Of a DNA stretch of 64,000 bases, positions 38,095-46,780 are shown in pieces; position 1 is the first letter of the stretch, and the number at the start of each line of letters is the position of its first letter. This DNA is from Candidatus Woesearchaeota archaeon. GTDB taxonomy: Archaea; Nanobdellota; Nanobdellia; SCGC-AAA011-G17; UBA489. The stretch lies in contig CAYFJW010000001.1 in the NCBI GenBank assembly GCA_964343875.1, forward strand, positions 81,345 to 145,344. The letters run 5' to 3'. The notes under the pieces were generated by a model. The model ran no database searches and had not been told where the DNA came from. It worked only from the letters and a program-made list of their open reading frames with translations. Both the position numbers and the translations under genes were made by a program.

Positions 38095-38490
38095 ATGAGT
38101 ACAAAACCAGTTGATGTTGGAAGTTTAAAGGTTGGCAGTTATGTTGTTGTTGATGGTATAGCTTGCACTGTAAAAAGCATCCAAATATCCCGGCCAGGAA
38201 AACACGGCCATGCTAAATCAAGAATTGAAGCCATAGGTATAATTGATGGACAAAAGAAAATCTTCATCAAACCTAGCCATGATAAAATGGATAGCCCAAT
38301 AATTGAAAAAGAAACGGCACAAGTTATCTCTGTTTCAGGCGACTCAGCAAGTGTTATGGATTTAAAGTCATATGAAACATTTGATATTAAAATTCCAGAT
38401 GACCTAAAAGCCGACGTTGTTGAGGGCGTAAATATTATTTATTGGATCATATTAAACGACAAAGTTATGAAGCAAATAAAGAAGGACTAA
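38095..38490 (+). CDS. eif5a: Translation initiation factor 5A (aIF5A)
   Basis: The hypusine loop SRPGKHGHAKSRIEA and an SH3-like plus OB-fold architecture. Confidence 0.9.
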   Translation: MSTKPVDVGSLKVGSYVVVDGIACTVKSIQISRPGKHGHAKSRIEAIGIIDGQKKIFIKPSHDKMDSPIIEKETAQVISVSGDSASVMDLKSYETFDIKIPDDLKADVVEGVNIIYWIILNDKVMKQIKKD

Positions 38491-38491
38491 G

Positions 38492-38668
38492 ATGGCAAAA
38501 TTCAAAGAAGCTGAACAAAGAAAAATAAAGGGAGTATTTGTTTGTAAGAGGTGTAAATCAAAACAAAGAACGTCCCCATTAAAAGTTGTATTAAAGTCTG
38601 TTAAGTGCAGATCATGCGGCGGTAAAAGCTTCAGAGCACTAAGAAAAATTAAAGTGTCGGGTAAATAA
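38492..38668 (+). CDS. rpl40e: 50S ribosomal protein eL40
   Basis: Hand translation gives MAKFKEAEQRKIKGVFVCKRCKSKQRTSPLKVVLKSVKCRSCGGKSFRALRKIKVSGK (58 aa, C4 zinc ribbon). Too short to appear in the ORF track. Confidence 0.7.
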   Translation: MAKFKEAEQRKIKGVFVCKRCKSKQRTSPLKVVLKSVKCRSCGGKSFRALRKIKVSGK

Positions 38669-38693
38669 TCACACTCATTAAAGGAGGTAAAAT

Positions 38694-39890
38694 ATGAATT
38701 TAGATTTAACTTTAGCACTAGTATTCTACGCACTCCTTGTTCTATACATTATGAAAAACAAGTCCAAATTTGAATTTCATGGCAAGATTATTGCATTATA
38801 CAAAACAAAATTGGGCTTAAAATTAATGGATAGAATAGCAAAGTTTTGTCCAAGAATCCTCAAACTATTAGGATACCTCAGCATTATAACAGGGTTTATT
38901 GGAATGGCCCTAATATTTTACTGGCTATTCAAGGGCACATTTGACTTATTGTTTGTATCAGGGGCCCCGCCAGCAGTAGCACCCGTACTCCCTGGAATCG
39001 AAGTGATGCCCGGACTTCCAGTCCTTTCATTCATGCACTGGATAATTGCAATCTTAATTATCGCAACAATTCATGAGTTCTCACACGGAATTTACGCAAG
39101 ATTATACAATGTTAAAGTAAAAAGTTCAGGATTTGCATTGTTTGGTCCAATACTTGCAGCATTTGTCGAACCAGATGAAAAGCAATTAGCAAAGAAGAAA
39201 AAGAAAGTACAACTTGCAGTCTTTTCAGCCGGACCATTCTCAAACATCTTAACCGGATTCTTATTCATAGCAGCAATGACGTTCATAACGCTCCCATTAC
39301 AGGCAGCGGTATTTGATTCAGATGGAATCACAGTAAATGGAATACTTGATGGGTATCCAATGCAAGAAACGAATATAGATATCCCCTTCATAATTAATGA
39401 ATTTAACGAACAAGAAATAAATGATTACAATGACTTTGCAAAAGCAACAATTGACTTAAAACCCGGTGATGAAGCGACGATTGGAACAGACAAAGGAGAC
39501 TTTAGTATCATCGCCGCACAAAATCCAGAGAATTCAAGTAAGGGTTTCATCGGAGTATCTAATTTTGGAATAAATAGGGCTCCAAACCAAGAGATAGTTG
39601 CAAAATACGGGCCATCAATCCCGCCATTGGTTGATTGGACACATATGTTGTTCTTCTGGTTATGGGTTGTCAGTTGGGGTGTAGGATTATTCAATCTCCT
39701 TCCTTTAGGACTTGTAGATGGGGGAAGAATGTTGCTCTCAGGTTTAACGGCCGTAATGAAAAACGAGAAAAAAGCAAAGAAATACTGGTCAATAATAAGT
39801 TTAGTATCAGTCTTACTAATACTCATAAACTTGGCACCATACCTATGGCAATTACTCTTATTCATTCTAAAACCATTCTTCTCATTCTAA
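38694..39890 (+). CDS. Site-2 protease (M50 family intramembrane zinc metalloprotease) with a PDZ-like insert
   Basis: HEFSHG (HExxH) in a TM segment and LPLGLVDGGRM (the LDG motif). Confidence 0.8.
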   Translation: MNLDLTLALVFYALLVLYIMKNKSKFEFHGKIIALYKTKLGLKLMDRIAKFCPRILKLLGYLSIITGFIGMALIFYWLFKGTFDLLFVSGAPPAVAPVLPGIEVMPGLPVLSFMHWIIAILIIATIHEFSHGIYARLYNVKVKSSGFALFGPILAAFVEPDEKQLAKKKKKVQLAVFSAGPFSNILTGFLFIAAMTFITLPLQAAVFDSDGITVNGILDGYPMQETNIDIPFIINEFNEQEINDYNDFAKATIDLKPGDEATIGTDKGDFSIIAAQNPENSSKGFIGVSNFGINRAPNQEIVAKYGPSIPPLVDWTHMLFFWLWVVSWGVGLFNLLPLGLVDGGRMLLSGLTAVMKNEKKAKKYWSIISLVSVLLILINLAPYLWQLLLFILKPFFSF

Positions 39891-39924
39891 GAAATCTTTT
39901 AAATGAGCCAACATTAATCATAAT

Positions 39925-40680
39925 ATGATAGTTGATGTTCACTGCCATCTCTACTTCCCACAATTTGGGGAAGATATGGAAGAGGTAATAAAGAGAGCAG
40001 AATCAAATGGACTAGTCGCACTGGTCAATGCAGGTACGGACCACAAGTCAAATCTCAAGGTCCTAGAACTTTCTAAAAAGCACAAGATAGTCCAAGCAAC
40101 CCTAGGACTCTACCCAACAGAAGCATTAAAGATATCAGATAAAGAATTAGAAAAAGAAATTGGATTTATTAAAGAAAACAAAGACAACATTGTTGGAATT
40201 GGGGAAATTGGATTAGACTTTCAATTGACAAAAGAACCAAAACAACAACAAAGACAGATAGAAGTGTTCAAAAAACTAATTACTTCCTTGAGAGATATTA
40301 ACAAAACCTTCGTTATACACTCAAGAAAAGCAGAAAGGGAATGTGTAGAAATATTAGAAGAATTAAAGATAAAGAATGTTAACTTCCATTGTTTCTCTGG
40401 CAGTTTTAAGTTAGCAAAAAGGATAGAGTCCAATAATTGGACAATGTCAATACCCGCAAACATAGACAAAAGCCAACATTTTCAAGGAATTGTTGAACAA
40501 ACATCAATAAACAACTTATTAACAGAGACAGATGCACCATTTTTATCTCCATCGGGAAAGTCAAGATGTGAACCAAGCTTCGTCAAACAAACATTAAACA
40601 AGATAGCAGAAATAAAGAAGATGGATGTCAAGGAAGTTACAAATAATATCTATCTTAATTACCAAAAATTATTCTCATGA
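39925..40680 (+). CDS. tatD: TatD-family metal-dependent hydrolase/DNase
   Basis: MIVDVHCHLYFPQF...GIGEIGLDF...VIHSR...FHCFSG... are TatD motifs. Confidence 0.8.
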   Translation: MIVDVHCHLYFPQFGEDMEEVIKRAESNGLVALVNAGTDHKSNLKVLELSKKHKIVQATLGLYPTEALKISDKELEKEIGFIKENKDNIVGIGEIGLDFQLTKEPKQQQRQIEVFKKLITSLRDINKTFVIHSRKAERECVEILEELKIKNVNFHCFSGSFKLAKRIESNNWTMSIPANIDKSQHFQGIVEQTSINNLLTETDAPFLSPSGKSRCEPSFVKQTLNKIAEIKKMDVKEVTNNIYLNYQKLFS

Positions 40681-40833
40681 CACAAAAACCTTTAACTTTT
40701 TCTTAATGTTTTAGTGATAACTCATAAAATATGATCTAACATATAAACAGAAAACTATTTAAGGAAAAATACATCTAAAAATTGCAGGACACCCAATTCA
40801 TTGTCCTTATCATATACGAATGAACGAATAAAA

Positions 40834-40840
40834 GAGGTGA
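40834..40840 (+). promoter_or_regulatory. Shine-Dalgarno-like GAGGTGA, 7 nt upstream of the ATG at 40848
   Basis: It is complementary to the 16S 3' end CCUCC. This supports frame B of the overlapping repeat ORFs. Confidence 0.5.
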
Positions 40841-40847
40841 AAAAGAA

Positions 40848-41090
40848 ATGGTTGCAAGAAGAAGAACAGCAAGAAAAACTACTAGAAGAAGAAAAACTAC
40901 TGCTAGGAAAACTACTAGAAGAAGAAAAACTACTGCTAGGAAAACTACTAGAAGAAGAAAAACTACTGCTAGGAAAACTACTAGAAGAAGAAAGACAGCT
41001 GCAAAGACAACAACTCGAAGAAGAACTAGAAGAAGGAAAACCGCTGCAAAGACAACAACTAGAAGAAGAGTTAGAAGAAGGAGACGTTAA
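40848..41090 (+). CDS. Tandem-repeat-encoded ultra-basic Arg/Thr/Lys-rich protein (80 aa)
   Basis: Encoded by three perfect 33-bp repeats (TTARKTTRRRK) and two ~45-bp repeats. Strong SD and ATG. A second frame (TTG at 40801) stays open through the same repeats. Confidence 0.5.
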   Translation: MVARRRTARKTTRRRKTTARKTTRRRKTTARKTTRRRKTTARKTTRRRKTAAKTTTRRRTRRRKTAAKTTTRRRVRRRRR

Positions 41091-41114
41091 GTCTCTTTCA
41101 ACTTTTTTTAATTT

Positions 41115-41762
41115 CTAAATATTTATTACAATTCCGCTATCACCTGGGTTAATTAATTTACTCCCATTAATACTATCTCTCTTAAGGAAAGTTTCATGAA
41201 AATGCCCAGAAGCAAAAACTTTCGGTTTTAAAGTCTCAATGGCCTTCCTAACACTTTTAGACCCCCTGTGCCCCAAAAGAGGCAATTCATCTAGCTTGGT
41301 TTCATAAGGAGGGGCATGTGTAAATAAAACCAGTTTACCTTTTATTTTTGGTTTCAAATTACTAACCCATACATCAAACTGTTTGTTTGTTTCATCAAAA
41401 CCGCCACCACCATAACCTGCAAATGTTACACCATCAATTGTTAAACACTTCTTGTGTAGAAAAACAACTTGTTCACCATCACACAACTTCTTCAATTCAG
41501 AACCACTTTCGTGATTCCCATGTATAACCAATAACTTTTTACCAGCCTTTTTAATCATATCAATTGCTTCTTCCAATCCGGAACCAAAGAAACTCAAATC
41601 ACCGCAACAAACCATCAAATCACATTCCTTACTCTTCTCAACAATAACACTAACTTTCTTTTCTAGTTCTTCAACATCTGTGACATAATACTCATCAGAA
41701 CTCTCCCCAGAGTGTACATCGGTGAAAAATAATACCTTCATCCAATGCAGACTACAAAACAC
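41115..41762 (-). CDS. Calcineurin-like metallophosphoesterase
   Basis: Motifs FFTDVHSG, CCGDL, GNHE and SGHFHE. Confidence 0.8.
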   Translation of the reverse strand: MFCSLHWMKVLFFTDVHSGESSDEYYVTDVEELEKKVSVIVEKSKECDLMVCCGDLSFFGSGLEEAIDMIKKAGKKLLVIHGNHESGSELKKLCDGEQVVFLHKKCLTIDGVTFAGYGGGGFDETNKQFDVWVSNLKPKIKGKLVLFTHAPPYETKLDELPLLGHRGSKSVRKAIETLKPKVFASGHFHETFLKRDSINGSKLINPGDSGIVINI

Positions 41763-41784
41763 CCTTTTATAACTTTCTCAGATC

Positions 41785-41979
41785 CTAAGCACCTAGATAT
41801 CCACTCATGAATCCACTCTCAAGCGGACTAATCTCATCATTCTCTTCCAAACATTCCAGCGAATCTCTATCGTAGAAATCAGCATCAAAATTATCCGTAT
41901 TAAGACTTCTCAACCTCTCACCCGTTATTTTCTCAATATTCTCATGACTTAAATCTATTTTAATGATCACTTGGATCAC
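41785..41979 (-). CDS. Hypothetical small acidic protein
   Basis: 64 aa, downstream of orc1 in the same orientation. No family recognised. Confidence 0.3.
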   Translation of the reverse strand: MIQVIIKIDLSHENIEKITGERLRSLNTDNFDADFYDRDSLECLEENDEISPLESGFMSGYLGA

Positions 41980-42057
41980 CTCCTCTAATAAACAACCAAA
42001 AGAAACTCTATTTTAAAAGAAAAATCAACCAAACAAGTAACTGCAGTAAGTGCAATA

Positions 42058-43137
42058 TTAGCTAAAATCGGCTAGTTTTTTCTCGCTTTCAGGGGCTCCA
42101 TGAGTGACTCTTGTAGATCTACCCCTGCCCTCATTAACCTCTCTTAGAGTAATAAATCCATTATCTCCAAGACCTTTCAACTTTCTTTGAAAAGTGGTAT
42201 ACGCTTGTTTTCCTCCAGCCTTTTGATAAGCAACATGCATCTTGCTACTTGTCAACCCAGAATTAAGTTTAACAACATTAAGAATAAACTCTTCCTCTTC
42301 GCCTAACTGAGAAGAACTCTTTCTTTGGAACTCATCCAACCTACTTATCGCTTTTTCAGCATCAATTAATTCAACTTTTCTTTTAGATTTACCTTCCGCT
42401 TCTTCCCCGGCATTCTTTAACAAAAACAATCCAGATCTTATATCTCCCATCTCAAAAGTTTTACCAACTATTTTCTCAAAAGCGTCATCAATTAACACAT
42501 TGGGAACAAAGGCATACTTAACTCTCTCCTGTAATATATCCCTAACCTCATCGTAATTATATGGTTTAAAATCAACAACTTCAGCAAGCATCCTACTCCT
42601 AACTCTGTCATCTAACTTACTCAACCAATCTTTCTCATTAGTAATACAAATTATAGATTTAGTAAACAAATCCTCAAATAATGTATAAAATATCTGTTGC
42701 TCATCAATCTTATCGGCTTCATCCAATATAACAACACAAGGACTTCTATTCAGTATCTTTGTAATCTCCTTCATCAACTCATCAGTATTCCTTCCAGCCG
42801 TAAACCTAAATCCTAATTGACTGCACATCTCCAAAACAACTTTATACGGCGTATCCTTCTTCCAGCAATTGATATACACAGATTTAATATATCCACTTTG
42901 TTCCTTCAACTCATCAATTAAATGCTTTGTAGCAACAGTCTTACCGATCCCAGGAACCCCAGTTAGAACAACATTCTTCCCACTTCTTTTGCTAAACAAG
43001 GGCTTCAAACACTCAGCAATATATTTCTGTTCCCCTTCCCGATGCTTAACCACAGGAGGCATATAATCCACATCAAGGGCAATGCTATCTAAGAAAAGGC
43101 TCTCATCCCCCTTCAACATATCATCAAAGATCCCCAT
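42058..43137 (-). CDS. orc1: Orc1/Cdc6 replication initiator (AAA+ plus winged helix)
   Basis: Walker A VLTGVPGIGKT, Walker B VVILDEADK, and a C-terminal winged helix. Confidence 0.85.
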   Translation of the reverse strand: MGIFDDMLKGDESLFLDSIALDVDYMPPVVKHREGEQKYIAECLKPLFSKRSGKNVVLTGVPGIGKTVATKHLIDELKEQSGYIKSVYINCWKKDTPYKVVLEMCSQLGFRFTAGRNTDELMKEITKILNRSPCVVILDEADKIDEQQIFYTLFEDLFTKSIICITNEKDWLSKLDDRVRSRMLAEVVDFKPYNYDEVRDILQERVKYAFVPNVLIDDAFEKIVGKTFEMGDIRSGLFLLKNAGEEAEGKSKRKVELIDAEKAISRLDEFQRKSSSQLGEEEEFILNVVKLNSGLTSSKMHVAYQKAGGKQAYTTFQRKLKGLGDNGFITLREVNEGRGRSTRVTHGAPESEKKLADFS

Positions 43138-43219
43138 AATCTCAATATATCAGAACTCATTATTAATCTTATGCCCTCTTTACCAGATACTTTATAATAA
43201 ATAATGATTATTTCAGCCT

Positions 43220-44134
43220 ATGGAAGATCTTAGATTCGGGGGAAAGAGTATGCGTTTGGATAAGTTTCTAATGCAGGAATTCCCTTCTGCAACACTGTCC
43301 GAGATCTATAAGTGGATTAGAACGGGTAAAATAAAAGTAGATAGGAAGAAACAGAAACCGAGATATCGCTTAAATCCTAAAGAAGTTGTGAATATATTTC
43401 TAACCAAAACACAAATTGAAGGTTATCAAACAAAGGGCGTTGTACATAAAGTTTCTTTCAAAGTCTTATTTGAAGACGAAGACATACTAATTTTAGATAA
43501 GCCTCCTTTTTTAGCATCCCAAGGAGGAATCGGTGTTAATGAAAATAATTTAGTTAATCAGGTTATTTATTATCTTAAGAAAAATGTTAAGATTTCCCTA
43601 GGAAATAGGTTAGACAAAGATACTTCTGGGATCATACTTCTTGGTAAAAATCCAAAAGCAAATGCCTTAATTTACAACATAACAAAGAGTAGAAGTATCG
43701 AGAAGAAATACTATGCATTGACAGTTGGAAGAATAAGAAAGAAAACTGGAACATTTAAGGATTACTTAGCAAAAGGAACGCGGGATTTCCAACCGGTTAT
43801 GAAAGTTTCAAACAAAAATGATTCCCGTGCCAAATACTGTGAAACAACCTACAAAGTAGTAAAACATATCAAAAACCATTCACTACTAGAACTAACACTA
43901 AAGACGGGCAGAATGCATCAGATAAGGGTTCAATTAGCATCAAGAGGTTTTCCAGTCTTAGGCGATAAACTATATGGAAACGAAAATGAAAACAAAAAAA
44001 CTAAACTAAAAAGACAGTTCTTACATGCTTCCCAAGTAACATTAAACCACCCAATTACAAATAAAAAACTAAAAATCACTTCAGAACTGCCAAAGGATCT
44101 TAAAAAAGCCCTAGAAAAAATCAAAGCTCGATAA
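43220..44134 (+). CDS. RluA-family pseudouridine synthase with an S4 domain
   Basis: S4 start MRLDKFL. Catalytic NRLDKDTSGIILLGK. GRMHQIRVQLASRGFPVLGDKLYG. The true start may be the internal Met at about 43250. Confidence 0.8.
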   Translation: MEDLRFGGKSMRLDKFLMQEFPSATLSEIYKWIRTGKIKVDRKKQKPRYRLNPKEVVNIFLTKTQIEGYQTKGVVHKVSFKVLFEDEDILILDKPPFLASQGGIGVNENNLVNQVIYYLKKNVKISLGNRLDKDTSGIILLGKNPKANALIYNITKSRSIEKKYYALTVGRIRKKTGTFKDYLAKGTRDFQPVMKVSNKNDSRAKYCETTYKVVKHIKNHSLLELTLKTGRMHQIRVQLASRGFPVLGDKLYGNENENKKTKLKRQFLHASQVTLNHPITNKKLKITSELPKDLKKALEKIKAR

Positions 44135-44486
44135 CTTTACTTTCTTTATCAAGTCCAACTAACCTAAAGCCAATACCCATTTTCATTAAAGCACTAATTA
44201 AGGCCATATGTTCTCTTCCATCACCAGAAACAAAATTAACGGCAATCTCCATCCCCTTTATTTTCTCTTTCAACTTAGTCTGAATTTCAGTAACCATCTC
44301 ATCAAGATTCTTACTAGTTAGCTCAACCAATTCAACACCTTCTTCAGCCTTAAAGTTTTGAACACCGAAATCATTTGTTAACAAAATTACCTTCTCCCAT
44401 TTATCTCCATTAATCCCTGGAAGAAGCCTATTAACATGGCCCCACGTGCCTTTTCCAGTACTCAAGAATGCAACTAATTCTGTCAT
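44121..44486 (-). CDS. Stand-alone Rossmann-like domain protein resembling the CARF domain of Csa3
   Basis: VAFLSTGKG...KVILLTND...VNFVSGDGREHMALISALMKMGIGFRLV parallels the N-terminal half of the Csa3-like protein at 45057. No HTH. Confidence 0.3.
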   Translation of the reverse strand: MTELVAFLSTGKGTWGHVNRLLPGINGDKWEKVILLTNDFGVQNFKAEEGVELVELTSKNLDEMVTEIQTKLKEKIKGMEIAVNFVSGDGREHMALISALMKMGIGFRLVGLDKESKVIEL

Positions 44487-44578
44487 AACACTTAGATTAT
44501 TAGGTTGTTTTTAAGTTTTCCCAACATCTCCGATAATATCCCAAAACCCCTTTTAAACAAACAAAAAACAACAACTAA

Positions 44579-45025
44579 ATGAAACACTATCTCATAATTC
44601 TACTTCTATTAACTTCCTGCACCCCCTCCTCAAACTTAGAGGGCCCATTCAAAGTAATTGACGTAATAGATGGAGACACACTAAAACTAAACACTACAGA
44701 AAAAGTAAGACTTTCAGGGATAAACACTCCTGAAAAAAAGGAATGCCACTACCAAGAATCTAAAGATAAACTAAAAGAACTAACATTAAAAAAAGAAATC
44801 TTCTTAGAAAAAGACTACACAAATAAGGGAAAATACGGAAGACTCCTAAGATATGTGCACACAAAGGACCAAGACATAAACAAAAACCTAGTTCTTAATG
44901 GATACGCAAGAGTATATGACAAGTACGCTTACGACACTAAAAAATACAAGGAGTTAAAGGAGTTAGAACACAAAGCAAGACTCCAGAACCTAGGCGTATG
45001 GGCTTGTAAAGAATTAACACAATAA
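44579..45025 (+). CDS. Staphylococcal-nuclease (SNase/thermonuclease)-like secreted lipoprotein
   Basis: Lipobox LLLTSC. SNase core IDGDTLKLNT...VRLSGINTPEK...GRLLRYVH...NGYARVY. Confidence 0.8.
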   Translation: MKHYLIILLLLTSCTPSSNLEGPFKVIDVIDGDTLKLNTTEKVRLSGINTPEKKECHYQESKDKLKELTLKKEIFLEKDYTNKGKYGRLLRYVHTKDQDINKNLVLNGYARVYDKYAYDTKKYKELKELEHKARLQNLGVWACKELTQ

Positions 45026-45056
45026 AAGTTATAAACCCCTCACCCATATAACAAAT

Positions 45057-45704
45057 ATGCAAAAGAGCGTAGTTCTTGCTCCTGTAGGGGATAACATGGA
45101 AGCCTTGTACGTCGGACTTAGAGACTTTCCTGCAAGCAAAATAATTCTCTTATCTTCTGAAGATCAAATTGAAGAAGCAGAAAAAGCAAGGAAGGAACTA
45201 GAAAAGTTCAGCATACCTGTCAAAATAGTGCCAATTGATGGAAACCCCTGGGAAGGAATCTTTGAAAAAGTCTCAAAACTATCTTCGGAAGAAAAAGAAC
45301 ATGAAGTTGTAGTCAATACTTCGTCAGGCGATAGAAATTCACAATGTGCCATGACCTCAGCAGCATTCGTCAACGGACTAAAAGCATTTGCAGTAATGGG
45401 CGACGAAACAATGCTCCTTCCAATCTTAAAATTCTCATACTACAAAACACTAACAGATAAAAAACTAGATATCTTAAAAGTTCTACACGAAGATAAAACC
45501 TGTTGTAAATCTTTGGAAGAACTAAGTCAAAAAATTAACATGAGTCCTCCATTAGTTTCTTACCATATTAATGGAACACTAAAATCTGAAGGATTAAAAA
45601 CACTTGGCCTAGTTGAAGTAAGTGAGAAAAACGGAAAAATAGCATTGAATATTTCAACCCTGGGTAGACTCCTGATGAAAGGCTACGTTAAGCAAGCCTT
45701 ATAA
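45057..45704 (+). CDS. Csa3-like regulator (N-terminal CARF-like Rossmann domain plus C-terminal winged HTH)
   Basis: VVLAPVGDNMEALYVGLRDFPASKIILLSSE...VVVNTSSGDRNSQCAMTSAAFVNGLKAFAVMGDE parallels the Csa3 CARF domain. The C-terminal wHTH is LDILKVLHEDKTCCKSLEELSQKINMSPPLVSYHINGTLKSEGL. Confidence 0.45.
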   Translation: MQKSVVLAPVGDNMEALYVGLRDFPASKIILLSSEDQIEEAEKARKELEKFSIPVKIVPIDGNPWEGIFEKVSKLSSEEKEHEVVVNTSSGDRNSQCAMTSAAFVNGLKAFAVMGDETMLLPILKFSYYKTLTDKKLDILKVLHEDKTCCKSLEELSQKINMSPPLVSYHINGTLKSEGLKTLGLVEVSEKNGKIALNISTLGRLLMKGYVKQAL

Positions 45705-45862
45705 ACAATTTATTGATCAATTTGTGTGCAGGTGGTGGAATATATAGTGAATAAAGTTGAATTTAATAATAGATGCAAAAAGTGTGGCTGTCCTGCCTGC
45801 GACAATGTATTTGTTTATGGCTTTATGTGGCTGTTCTGCTCTAAATGCCTTGCAATACAGAC

Positions 45863-46687
45863 TTAACCCTTATTGACAATATAAAAACACTCATTCCCTA
45901 TTTCAAAATAACTAAACTTATACTTTAACCTTTTAACCATCAGCTCAAACCACTTTCTTCGAGGATTATTCATCTTCCTATTTGAAATGGTCTTTGTTGG
46001 GAAACTAACAACCACGCTCTTAGAGTTAACTTTTTTCAAGAACTCTTCACTATTCTTATGGTCCCCTTTATAATCCAAAACATCGGCCATCTTAAACAAA
46101 AAACAAACATCAAATTTGCCTTTTGGAACCTTTTTCAAATAGTCTCTATCAAAAACATTAACTTCCAACCCCTTTCCAGAGAAATAATAAAGTTTCTTTG
46201 AAAGTTTCAAATAAGAATTAATCAATCTTATATCCTCTTTTCCAACGTCAACGCCCACATACTCAAAGTCATCGAACCCAATAAAAGGCAATGAAAATGC
46301 ATTCAAACCGCAACCAACATCAAGAATCCTTTTAGGTTTCTTAACTTTACTAAAAATCCCTTCATAAACTTCTTCATAAAACTCCTTTCTCTCCCTAGTT
46401 GAAGAATGGCAGTGAAGCATTTCTAAATGTAGTTTGACCAACTCTGCACCACCCCTAGATTTAAGCATGTCATAAAATATTTTGTCCTTTTTACCTTGGT
46501 TACTAATCTGATAAACAGAATAAGTCTTATGTAAAAACTCCTTAACTTTCTTCAAAAAGGACTTGTACACCTTCTTATTTCCCAAATCTTCAGAACCATA
46601 AAGCCCATGGACAATACTCTTAACGTAGGGCCTTCCCAATCTAGAAAATTTCTTAGACCTTAACACATCCTCAACAATTCCTTGCAT
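45863..46687 (-). CDS. FmrO-family (ArmA/RmtB/Sgm-like) putative 16S rRNA (guanine1405-N7)-methyltransferase
   Basis: Hallmark HSSTRER motif, then SAM motif I ILDVGCGLNAFSLPF. Compare ArmA IFDIGCGFNPLAL and Sgm LHASTAERL...VLDLACGLNPLAVPW. Confidence 0.55.
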   Translation of the reverse strand: MQGIVEDVLRSKKFSRLGRPYVKSIVHGLYGSEDLGNKKVYKSFLKKVKEFLHKTYSVYQISNQGKKDKIFYDMLKSRGGAELVKLHLEMLHCHSSTRERKEFYEEVYEGIFSKVKKPKRILDVGCGLNAFSLPFIGFDDFEYVGVDVGKEDIRLINSYLKLSKKLYYFSGKGLEVNVFDRDYLKKVPKGKFDVCFLFKMADVLDYKGDHKNSEEFLKKVNSKSVVVSFPTKTISNRKMNNPRRKWFELMVKRLKYKFSYFEIGNECFYIVNKG

Positions 46688-46780
46688 ACATCTTATTTAA
46701 CAAGCACATTAATATAACTATCTCCTTCAACTTCAAAGTAAATACAAAAACTTTTAAACATCTTTAACAAACAAGTAGCT

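Noticed and set aside
40870-41090. Possible CRISPR array, considered because of regular short repeats
   Set aside because: The repeats are directly tandem with no spacers. They are in-frame multiples of 3 inside an ORF with an SD and ATG. No cas genes are nearby. No other repeat-spacer structure was seen anywhere in the window.
40801-41118. Frame-A ORF (105 aa, LLEEEKLLLGK repeats) overlapping the basic-repeat gene
   Set aside because: It depends on a TTG start with no ribosome-binding site. The +1 frame has ATG plus a strong GAGGTGA SD. It is open only because the repeat units are multiples of 3. It is kept as an alternative inside the finding rather than as a gene.
41980-43219. Replication origin (ORB elements) flanking orc1
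   Set aside because: The intergenic regions on both sides of orc1 are under 90 nt. I could not find ORB or mini-ORB-like inverted repeats (e.g. CCAGTGGAAAC-type). The origin may lie elsewhere, so no feature is called.
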